Positions 9,488-20,362 of a stretch of DNA of 64,000 nt are shown here, piece after piece. The stretch is taken from positions 95,979-159,978 of the forward strand of contig CAKOYQ010000001.1 in NCBI GenBank assembly GCA_934130935.1, in the 5' to 3' direction. This stretch comes from an uncultured Clostridia bacterium (GTDB lineage Bacteria; Bacillota; Clostridia; TANB77; CAG-508). Numbering within the stretch: the stretch's first letter is position 1; each line of letters opens with the position of its first letter. A model generated the notes under the pieces. It saw only the letters and a program-made list of their open reading frames with translations, was not told the DNA's origin and searched no databases. The translations under genes were made by a program, and so were the position numbers.

Positions 9488-11809
9488 TTACTTATTCTTC
9501 TTTTTAAAATTTACCACAATAGCATTTTCATTATCAAATTCAAAATTCGCATCTGTATTGTCAATTTGAACAGGATTAAATTCATCTCTTTCGTCTACAA
9601 AATTGATATGTTTTGGATCAAATTTATTTCTTGTTGAGTCTTCTGAATCTTCATCATTTGCAACTCCTGGAGTAAATCTTGAAAAATCATATTTTTTAAC
9701 AGGCTGTTCTTCTTTATATTTAGAAGAAATAAAATTCATTTTTCCTTCACCTATAATAAAATCTCCAGTTTCTGCTTTTAGTTTAACAGCAGCTGACTTA
9801 AATTTTAAAGTTGCTAATTTGTTAGTCGCAAAATAACTTTCCCAATCATATTTTACACTTCCCCATTTTGCGTCATATTCTAATTTATTCATATCCATAC
9901 TATTTGAATAGGTCCATGTTCTTCTCTTTGTAAATTCTCGTGACCACCATTCCAATTCTTCTGGTGTAGATCCTCCCAAGAATATTTTACTAGCACAATT
10001 TGAAAGAATTGTATCTTTATATTTTAGCCTTGGAGAATTACCTTCCAACTGCGCTAAATTCTGTGCTGTAATTGTTGTTCCAACTTTATATTTACGGTAC
10101 AATGTAAACATTGCTTCTGTGTCTTTACATATAAAATCTGGAAATTCGTCTATATACAAGAAGTGCGGAATTCTACTATTCTCATTTCCTGCTCTTCTTA
10201 AAATAGCATTTTGCATTGACAACATAAAAAATAATCCAAATGCTCTATGGCTAGTTCTTCCTAAATCACCTCTACGTGTACAAACTAATGTAACCTCTCC
10301 ATTTTCCAATACTTTATCAAAATCTATATTATTATGCCTATTACATAAAATTGTTTTTACACCTGGTAGTCTTAACAAATTGTCTAATTGTGCTGTAGCT
10401 ATATAAATATATTTTTCTGTTTCCTCTCTTCCTGGACTTCCTGCATAAAAATTCTTTTTAAAATAATTTATTTGTATGCTATATTTTTTAGCAAGCTCAT
10501 CATTTGCCTTCATTATTTCACACATTTTTTCTACTAGGTCAAAATTAGTAAGCATTTTCAATAAATCTTCCAAATTAGGTATATTTCCGTTGTTCATTCT
10601 AGGATACATTTCTTTTAACATAATAGAAATATTTTCTAATGCTTGAATTATAAAATCTTCTCTATATGCTTCCTCTCTTTCCAAATGTGTACTTGCATAC
10701 ATTCCTTTTAATACTGATGAAATTGTTATAGCGATTTTTGATGCATCATCATATATAAATGGGTTTAATCCTATTGAATTCATATTTGATGGATCAATTA
10801 AATTGTATTTAATATGATAATTTTTACAAACATTCATTATTCTTGTTGCAGATTCTATATCTGGCGATATTGATGTTATTCCAAGGTTTCTATATACTAT
10901 ATCACTTCCAAGTGATGATAAAATCATTTTATTCATATATGCCTTATAAACCGCTTCTCTGCCAGTTGCTGGTGTTATCATATTTAAGTTAAAGTTATCA
11001 TTTAAATAATCATTATCATATGGTTTGTTTAATATTGCTATTCCTGTTTTTAATGCTGTATATCCCATTTCTTTTGCATTTGAAATATAAAATGCCTTTT
11101 TTTCTATATCTTTAGCCATCATTGGTTCTAATATTAATGATGTTTTTCCTGTTCCAGAACCTCCACATACTAATAGTGATTGATATCTACTCTTTTCTGC
11201 AAATACCATTTTCTTTCCACTTTCATAATTATTACACATATGTATGTCACATGTAAATGGTCCATGTCCTGCTGCTTTATTTGATAAGTTTATTCCTTTA
11301 TAGTCCCAAATAGATCTTGTTTGATCTTTACTGTCCATGATTCCTAATTTTATCCATTTAAACACACCATAAAATGTAGTTAATGGTAAATATAAAGCTA
11401 ATGCTGTTAATGCTGGTCTTATCAATTCTGAAAAATTTGTTACCAATTCTGTATATCCAGGTAATGATATCAAAAATAACCAAACTATTCTATTTATTCC
11501 TTGTGTAAACATTGAAACTGCAACTATATATAATGTTACAACATATGTAAGGAATAATGTAACCTTCATATTTTTTGATGTTGCAAATTCTGATGGTGGT
11601 GAAAATAAATATGCAAATACTGGACATGCCATTGCAAGTGTATATTGTATTGGTCCCCAATATGATACAGACACTCCTGTAAATATTAAAAATAACATCT
11701 CTACAACTCTATCTACTACTATATACAGTGATATTAATGTTAATATATATGTTGCAAATGTATTTCTACTTGCATTAATTTTCTTTAAAAATTTATCTAT
11801 TATTTTCAT
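9488..11809 (-). CDS. membrane-anchored TraG/TraD/VirD4-family (type IV coupling protein-like) P-loop ATPase
   Basis: 773 aa with about 5 N-terminal TM helices. Walker A is LVCGGSGTGKTS and Walker B is HFLYIDEFPDF. The downstream TITAQNLAQL...ILSNCASKIFLGG matches the T4CP QxxxQL/ilxN motifs. It is not FtsK/SpoIIIE, which would show a different Walker A and a gamma domain. Confidence 0.55.
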   Translation of the reverse strand: MKIIDKFLKKINASRNTFATYILTLISLYIVVDRVVEMLFLIFTGVSVSYWGPIQYTLAMACPVFAYLFSPPSEFATSKNMKVTLFLTYVVTLYIVAVSMFTQGINRIVWLFLISLPGYTELVTNFSELIRPALTALALYLPLTTFYGVFKWIKLGIMDSKDQTRSIWDYKGINLSNKAAGHGPFTCDIHMCNNYESGKKMVFAEKSRYQSLLVCGGSGTGKTSLILEPMMAKDIEKKAFYISNAKEMGYTALKTGIAILNKPYDNDYLNDNFNLNMITPATGREAVYKAYMNKMILSSLGSDIVYRNLGITSISPDIESATRIMNVCKNYHIKYNLIDPSNMNSIGLNPFIYDDASKIAITISSVLKGMYASTHLEREEAYREDFIIQALENISIMLKEMYPRMNNGNIPNLEDLLKMLTNFDLVEKMCEIMKANDELAKKYSIQINYFKKNFYAGSPGREETEKYIYIATAQLDNLLRLPGVKTILCNRHNNIDFDKVLENGEVTLVCTRRGDLGRTSHRAFGLFFMLSMQNAILRRAGNENSRIPHFLYIDEFPDFICKDTEAMFTLYRKYKVGTTITAQNLAQLEGNSPRLKYKDTILSNCASKIFLGGSTPEELEWWSREFTKRRTWTYSNSMDMNKLEYDAKWGSVKYDWESYFATNKLATLKFKSAAVKLKAETGDFIIGEGKMNFISSKYKEEQPVKKYDFSRFTPGVANDEDSEDSTRNKFDPKHINFVDERDEFNPVQIDNTDANFEFDNENAIVVNFKKKNK

Positions 11810-11973
11810 AATATTTTTTGTTCCTTTCTAGGCACAATAAGTTTGAGAATATTCCCAAGCCCTCCTTTATTTAATTTTTCATATATATATTATCTAACAA
11901 AATTGCTAAAAATACAAGTTTTTTCATCAAATTTTATAAGTTTTTCTATTATTTGCTTATCCTAAAATTCTTT

Positions 11974-12828
11974 TTATACTATTAATTGTAAAATTATACC
12001 TGACAATACTCCAATACTATATAAAAGTCCTATAATCTTAAAATTTTCTTTTATATCTTTGTTTGTCTTAAGTAATACAAGTAATCCCACACCTGCATTT
12101 ACAGCAACACCTGAAACTAAAACAGGCATAGATATTACATTTTCAACAAATAATTCTGTTAAAATAACAGATGATGCACAATTCGGAATTAGTCCTATTA
12201 GTCCTGCTATTATTGGACCTAAAATTACATTTTTGCTAATAAAATCTGCAATAGCGTCTTCTCCTATTAATAGGATTACTCCATTAATCACAAATGTTAT
12301 TATAAATATAAAAATTATTATATTAAGTGTGTGTTTAACTGCAGAAAAAATGATTCCTTCATCACAATGGCAATGTTCATGCTCACATAATTCTTCAATA
12401 TTATTTTTTTCTACTTTATCACTCTTTCTTATTTTCATAACTATATCAATTCCAAAACCTGCTATTATTCCTATTATTAGTTTTATTCCTAGTATTGTTA
12501 TTATAGTAGATACAGGAACCGATTCAGTTAACAAAATTGGTAACATTTCATCTGAAGTTGTCAAATATACTGCCATTAATGTTCCAAGTGTAATCACTCT
12601 TCCAGCATATAGATTGGTTGCAGATACAGAAAAACCACATTGTGGAAATATTCCTAGCATTGCGCCTAATAATGGTCCAAATCTTCCAGATTTTTCTATA
12701 GTAGCTTTCACTTTATCACTTGTTTTATGCTCTATGTATTCCATTATTAGATATGTTATAAATAAAAATGGTATTATTTTAATTGTATCTAATGAAGTTT
12801 CCTTCAAGGCTTCTAAGATTCCTTGCAT
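11974..12828 (-). CDS. predicted two-repeat permease (DUF318/ArsP-like) with Cys/His-rich loop
   Basis: 284 aa with 8-10 TM helices. Two mirrored motifs (IFPQCGFSVSAT and LIPNCASSVILT) suggest an inverted-repeat transporter. The central loop is LCEHEHCHCDEG. Confidence 0.4.
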   Translation of the reverse strand: MQGILEALKETSLDTIKIIPFLFITYLIMEYIEHKTSDKVKATIEKSGRFGPLLGAMLGIFPQCGFSVSATNLYAGRVITLGTLMAVYLTTSDEMLPILLTESVPVSTIITILGIKLIIGIIAGFGIDIVMKIRKSDKVEKNNIEELCEHEHCHCDEGIIFSAVKHTLNIIIFIFIITFVINGVILLIGEDAIADFISKNVILGPIIAGLIGLIPNCASSVILTELFVENVISMPVLVSGVAVNAGVGLLVLLKTNKDIKENFKIIGLLYSIGVLSGIILQLIV

Positions 12829-12865
12829 TATTTATTCTACTCCTCCTTAATGAAATTTCTTATTT

Positions 12866-14149
<1,284 letters not shown>

Positions 14150-15163
14150 TTAATCTTCAAAATAATCTAATTTCATTGCTTTTTTTACCTTTTTCATTGT
14201 TTCTTTTGCTGTATTTCTTGCTTTTTCTGTTCCTTTAATTAGTATCTCATCTACTAGTTCTGGTCTTTCTTCATAGTATTTTCTTTTTTCTCTTATAGGG
14301 TCTAATGTTGCATTAATATTTTTTGCTAATTGTTTTTTGCATGCAACACATCCTCTTTTTCCAGCTCTACATTCTTCACATACTGTTTTACACTCTTCTT
14401 CTGTACTAAATAATTTATGATAATAAGATACCATACAAATATCAGGATTGCCTAAATCATCTTTTTTTATTCTATTAGGGTCTGTTACTGCACTCATTAC
14501 TTTCTTATTAACCTCTTCTACTGAATCAGATAAGTATATAGCATTTCCAAGTGATTTACCCATTTTTTCATTTCCGTCTAATCCTTTTATCCTTTTTTCC
14601 TTTGATAAAATTGCCTCTGGTTCGACTAACACATCTCCATATATGCTGTTGAATTTTCTAACAATTTCTCTACATTGTTCTATTAGCGGTAATTGGTCTT
14701 CTCCAACTGGAATAACTGTTCCTTCTAATGCTGTTATATCTGCTGCTTGGCTTACTGGATATCCTAAAAATCCATATGTTACACTTTCTCCAAATATATC
14801 TCTTTTTTGTGCAATTTCTGTTTTTACAGTTGGGTTTCTTTCTAATCTTGCTATTGTTACTAAATTTGAATAAAATACTGTTAATTCTGCAACCTCTGGT
14901 ATCATAGATTGTATATATATTGTTGTTTTATCTGGATTTATTCCCACAGATAAATAATCCATTACAATTTCTCTTACATTTTTTCTTACTTTTTCTGGAT
15001 TATTAAAATTGTCTGTTAGTGCCTGAACATCTGCTACTAATATGTATGGCTCATATTCGCCTGTTTCTTGCATTATCACTCTATTTTTTAATGAACCAAA
15101 ATAATGACCAATATGTAATCTTCCTGTTGGTCTATCTCCTGTTACTATTCTCTTTTTTTTCAT
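14150..15163 (-). CDS. trpS: tryptophan--tRNA ligase
   Basis: 337 aa class I aaRS. The HIGH-type motif is TGDRPTGRLHIGHY, KMGKS is the KMSKS equivalent, and the length is typical of TrpRS. Confidence 0.88.
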   Translation of the reverse strand: MKKKRIVTGDRPTGRLHIGHYFGSLKNRVIMQETGEYEPYILVADVQALTDNFNNPEKVRKNVREIVMDYLSVGINPDKTTIYIQSMIPEVAELTVFYSNLVTIARLERNPTVKTEIAQKRDIFGESVTYGFLGYPVSQAADITALEGTVIPVGEDQLPLIEQCREIVRKFNSIYGDVLVEPEAILSKEKRIKGLDGNEKMGKSLGNAIYLSDSVEEVNKKVMSAVTDPNRIKKDDLGNPDICMVSYYHKLFSTEEECKTVCEECRAGKRGCVACKKQLAKNINATLDPIREKRKYYEERPELVDEILIKGTEKARNTAKETMKKVKKAMKLDYFED

Positions 15164-15230
15164 CTTAAATTTCCTCCATTTTTTTCTACGTTATCATTAT
15201 ACTATAATCTTGATAAAAAATAAAGTAATT

Positions 15231-15281
15231 TTCCAAAAAAAGCCTTAATAGTAGCCTAATATTACATTAGACTACTATTAA
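15231..15281 (-). terminator. rho-independent terminator of the hrcA-grpE-dnaK-dnaJ operon
   Basis: Minus strand reads ttaatagtagtctaatgtaatattaggctactattaa followed by ggcttttttt, about 20 nt after the dnaJ stop. Confidence 0.65.
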
Positions 15282-15301
15282 GTTTTAATGTTATATAAAA
15301 T

Positions 15302-16465
15302 TTATCCAAAAAAACCTTTCTTTTTAATTGGTGGCTGTTCGTTCATAGTTTTAGCCAATTTTTCTAGCAAATCTCTCTGTTCTTTGTTCAATCTCTTAGG
15401 AGTTTGAACAATAACTGTAAATACAAAATTCCCTCTTGAAGAGGAATTTAAAGATGTAAAACCTCTATCTCTAATAGTAAATTTAGTACCTGTCTGCGTT
15501 CCTTCTGGAATAGTAAAAGTTTCTGTACTTCCGTCAACCATCGGAATTTTTAAATTTGCACCCAGAGTCGCTTGTGTAATAGTTATTGGCACATCACACA
15601 TTACAGTGTTTCCCTGTCTTGTATATATATTACTTTTTCTCATTTTAATTGTTATGTATAAGTTTCCTTTTGCTCCACCTTTTTCTCCAGGCTCTCCTTC
15701 TCCCTTTAATACTACTGTTTGATTATCATCAATTCCAGCTGGAATCTTCACTTTTATTCTAGCCTGTTTTCTAACAGTTCCTTTTCCTTTGCAGCTATCA
15801 CAAGGTTCTTTTATAATTTCTCCTGTTCCATGACACGCCATACATGTTCTTGTTGTTTGCATTTGACCAAGAATTGTGTTTTGTACTTGTCTCACAGTTC
15901 CTGTTCCATTACATGTAGGACATTTAGTAACAGATGTTCCTGGTTTAGCACCAGATCCATTACAGATATTACATGTTTCAGGTCTTGTTATTGAAATTTC
16001 TTTCTCAACTCCTAAAAATGCTTCCTCAAATGTAATCTCCATATTTAAGTTAAGATCTGCACCTTTTCTTGGGCCACGTTGTGCCTGACTTCTAGCACCA
16101 GTTCTTGCACCTCCACCAAAAAATGATGAAAATATATCTCCTAAATCCCCAAAATCTGAAAAGCCATTAAATCCTGATGATGTATAAGAATAATAATTGC
16201 CTTCTCCAAATGGTCCTCCTGCTCCTCCAAACCCTTGTGGATCAACTGTCCCAAACTGGTCATACATCTTCCTTTTTTGCGGATCTGATAATACTTCATA
16301 TGCTTCATTTACTTCCTTAAATTTTGCTTCCGCTTCTTTTTTGTTATCTGGATTTGCATCTGGATGATATTTTTTAGCAAGTTTTCGATAAGCTTTTTTT
16401 AGTTCGTCATCTGTTGCACTTTTATTAACTCCTAAAACCTCATAATAGTCTCTCTTATTTGCCAT
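15302..16465 (-). CDS. dnaJ: molecular chaperone DnaJ
   Basis: 387 aa with the J-domain (YYEVLGV...HPD), a G/F-rich region, and four CxxCxGxG zinc-finger repeats. Confidence 0.92.
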   Translation of the reverse strand: MANKRDYYEVLGVNKSATDDELKKAYRKLAKKYHPDANPDNKKEAEAKFKEVNEAYEVLSDPQKRKMYDQFGTVDPQGFGGAGGPFGEGNYYSYTSSGFNGFSDFGDLGDIFSSFFGGGARTGARSQAQRGPRKGADLNLNMEITFEEAFLGVEKEISITRPETCNICNGSGAKPGTSVTKCPTCNGTGTVRQVQNTILGQMQTTRTCMACHGTGEIIKEPCDSCKGKGTVRKQARIKVKIPAGIDDNQTVVLKGEGEPGEKGGAKGNLYITIKMRKSNIYTRQGNTVMCDVPITITQATLGANLKIPMVDGSTETFTIPEGTQTGTKFTIRDRGFTSLNSSSRGNFVFTVIVQTPKRLNKEQRDLLEKLAKTMNEQPPIKKKGFFG

Positions 16466-16537
16466 TTTGCTATCCTCCCTTTACTACAACTTAAGGTTGG
16501 ATTGACATATTTCAATTCCAACCTCTTTTAAGTCTAC

Positions 16538-18421
<1,884 letters not shown>

Positions 18422-18548
18422 TTAAGCCAGTGGACACATCTTTTTTTTAATGTGTTATGACTTTATATATTTTTAAAATTAATAACTATTTTACTTTTTG
18501 ACAATTAACATTAAAAGTGCTGAGATGTGCAGATTAGTGCTTTTAATG

Positions 18549-19067
18549 CTAATTAGCCACTACAACCATAGAATGACGTATAACTCTGTTTCCTATTTTA
18601 TAGCCCTTTCTATATTCTTGCACAATTTCTTGTGCATTTTTATCTGGGTCTTGTACACTACTTACAGCTTCGTGCAAACTTGGGTCAAATGTTTCTCCAA
18701 CAGCCGGAATTTCTTCAACTCCTTTTGTTTTTAAAATATCTTTAAACTGTTTTAGCACAAGCTCTACACCTTTTTTATATTCAACATCTTGTGTTTCAAC
18801 TTTTAAAGCATTTTCAAGATTATCTACTATTGGCAAAAATACCTCAACTACATCTGACAGTATAGAATTATATAATGTTTCTCGTTCTTTGCTACTTCTT
18901 TTTTTGTAGTTTTCAAATTCTGCCATAACTCTTTTATATCTATCATTTAATTCATCAAGCTCTTGTTGTTTCGGGTCTATTATGCAATCATTTTTTTCAT
19001 TTTTCTCTTCTGTTTGTTTATCTTGAACCATATTTTCTTCTCTTTCTTCAATCTTTTCGTCTTTCAT
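18549..19067 (-). CDS. grpE: nucleotide exchange factor GrpE
   Basis: 172 aa with the coiled-coil plus beta-domain GrpE pattern (RYKRVMAEFENYKKR...). It sits between hrcA and dnaK. Confidence 0.88.
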   Translation of the reverse strand: MKDEKIEEREENMVQDKQTEEKNEKNDCIIDPKQQELDELNDRYKRVMAEFENYKKRSSKERETLYNSILSDVVEVFLPIVDNLENALKVETQDVEYKKGVELVLKQFKDILKTKGVEEIPAVGETFDPSLHEAVSSVQDPDKNAQEIVQEYRKGYKIGNRVIRHSMVVVAN

Positions 19068-19095
19068 ATTTTCCCTTCTTTCTTTTTATTATATT

Positions 19096-20112
19096 TTATT
19101 CTCCGTCATTACTTGTATCATTTAACTTTTTACTAATATATTTCATTACCGAAATGACTTTTGCATAATCCATTCTTTTAGGTCCTATTATTCCAATTGT
19201 TCCCAAATCTTTATTTCCTATTCTATGTTTGAATGTTACTACACTAAAATCTTTTAATTCTTCTTTTTCATTTTCTTCTCCAATATATACATTTATGTCC
19301 TTAGCAAAACCTGTATTTAACATATCAGCCATTAATTCTTTTTCATCTAATATGTTAACAAAATTCTTAGCGACCTCTAGGCTATTAAATTCAGGTAACT
19401 CAAAGAGTCTATTTGTACCTTCTAAATGGATACTCTCTTCTTCAATTACTTTTTTCATCTGCTCAATAATAGGTTTTATTAGATTTACGCTATAACTCAT
19501 TTCTTCAACCAAATATTTTTCTAATGGCTTATCTATTTTACTAATAGGCTCTCCTTTTAACTTATTATTAAACATATAGCTTAACGTTTGTACTTGATTT
19601 TCAGCTATATCTTCATCAAATTTTATAATAGTTTCTTTCACTAGACCTGTATCTGTCAATATTACAGCCATCATCATTCTAGGACTTAGCAAAACGAACT
19701 TTATATTTTCTATTTTTTGAACATCTGAACTAGGTCCTATTGATACTGTAGTATAGTGAGTTATTTCTGAAATTGTACTTGATGTAATTTTCGTCATTTC
19801 TTCTAACTCATTCACTTTTATTTCAAGCTTATCACTAATATATTTAATTTCTTCTAGTGTTATTTTGTCTTCTTGCAATAGTTCATCTACATAGTATCTA
19901 TATCCCTTTGCTGATGGTACTCTTCCTGCTGATGTATGCGGTTTTTCTAAATATCCCATTTTTTCTAGTTCTGCCATCTCATTTCTTATCGTTGCACTAC
20001 TACATTCTAATCCTTCAAAATTCATTATAGCATTTGAACTTACTGGTTCTGCTGTTTGAATATATGACTCAACTATCGCTTGTAATACTCTCTTTTTTCT
20101 TTCATCTAACAT
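19096..20112 (-). CDS. hrcA: heat-inducible transcription repressor HrcA
   Basis: 338 aa. It has an N-terminal winged helix (VSSNAIMNFEGLECSSATIRNEMAELEKMGYLEKPHTSAGRVPS), is the first gene of the dnaK operon, and has CIRCE upstream. Confidence 0.9.
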   Translation of the reverse strand: MLDERKKRVLQAIVESYIQTAEPVSSNAIMNFEGLECSSATIRNEMAELEKMGYLEKPHTSAGRVPSAKGYRYYVDELLQEDKITLEEIKYISDKLEIKVNELEEMTKITSSTISEITHYTTVSIGPSSDVQKIENIKFVLLSPRMMMAVILTDTGLVKETIIKFDEDIAENQVQTLSYMFNNKLKGEPISKIDKPLEKYLVEEMSYSVNLIKPIIEQMKKVIEEESIHLEGTNRLFELPEFNSLEVAKNFVNILDEKELMADMLNTGFAKDINVYIGEENEKEELKDFSVVTFKHRIGNKDLGTIGIIGPKRMDYAKVISVMKYISKKLNDTSNDGE

Positions 20113-20154
20113 TCTTGTTTCCTCCTCTTCATTTAGGAAATGTTAGTCTTTGTT

Positions 20155-20181
20155 TTAGCACTCTTTCTATTTGTCTGCTAA
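20155..20181. promoter_or_regulatory. CIRCE operator (HrcA binding site), slightly degenerate
   Basis: Sense-strand ttagcagac-N9-gagtgctaa against the consensus TTAGCACTC-N9-GAGTGCTAA. The right arm is perfect and the left arm has 2 mismatches. It lies between the hrcA -10 and the RBS. Confidence 0.7.
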
Positions 20182-20191
20182 TCTGCATATT

Positions 20192-20220
20192 ACTATATAA
20201 TATTTTTTAGCACTTGTCAA
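20192..20220 (-). promoter_or_regulatory. hrcA sigma-A promoter (TTGACA-17-TATAGT)
   Basis: The minus strand reads ttgacaagtgctaaaaaatattatatagt. A half-CIRCE (agtgctaa) sits in the spacer. Confidence 0.5.
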
Positions 20221-20251
20221 GTCTTTTTGCTAATCTTTTTATTTTTTTTGA

Positions 20252-20315
20252 GGGACATTTGGGGTCGGTTCCGTTTTTGACCTTGGGCAATTTGGGGTCG
20301 GTTCTATTTTTGCCC
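20252..20315 (+). repeat. tandem pair of 31-bp GGGCAA-hairpin repeat units (first unit degenerate)
   Basis: gggacatttggggtcggttccgtttttgacc + tt + gggcaatttggggtcggttctatttttgccc + tttt. The pair lies between the nrdD stop and the hrcA promoter. The same unit recurs at 25350, 27106-27182, 27409-27485, 52116, 60406 and 60657. Confidence 0.85.
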
Positions 20316-20362
20316 TTTTGTTTGACCTATAAAAAGAACCAGTTTTTCTGGTTCTTTCAATC

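Noticed and set aside
9488-11809. Considered FtsK/SpoIIIE DNA translocase for the 773-aa membrane ATPase.
   Set aside because: The Walker A (GGSGTGKT) and the DEFP Walker B context differ from the highly conserved FtsK motifs. There is no gamma (KOPS-binding) winged-helix at the C-terminus. The QNLAQL motif is of coupling-protein type.
12059-12850. 263-aa plus-strand ORF overlapping the permease gene.
   Set aside because: It is entirely antisense to a well-supported membrane protein gene. Its translation is low-complexity Ile/Ser/Pro-rich with no motif, a typical shadow ORF in AT-rich DNA. The same judgement applies to the antisense ORFs at 5893-6375, 14448-14873, 43183-43584, 45722-46162, 53097-53783 and 55256-55666.
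15164-15301. Possible T-box leader upstream of trpS.
   Set aside because: The spacer is only about 138 nt and most of it is the dnaJ terminator hairpin. I find no T-box consensus (AATTAGGGTGGNACCGCG) or specifier-loop structure, so trpS is probably read from its own short promoter.
20252-20315. Considered whether the tandem 31-bp GGGCAA units (also at 25350-25413 and 27106-27182) are a CRISPR array.
   Set aside because: The units abut each other with only 2-4 nt between them and carry no unique spacers. There are at most two per site, no cas genes are present in the window, and the units also occur as inverted arms. This is REP/MITE-like behaviour, not CRISPR.
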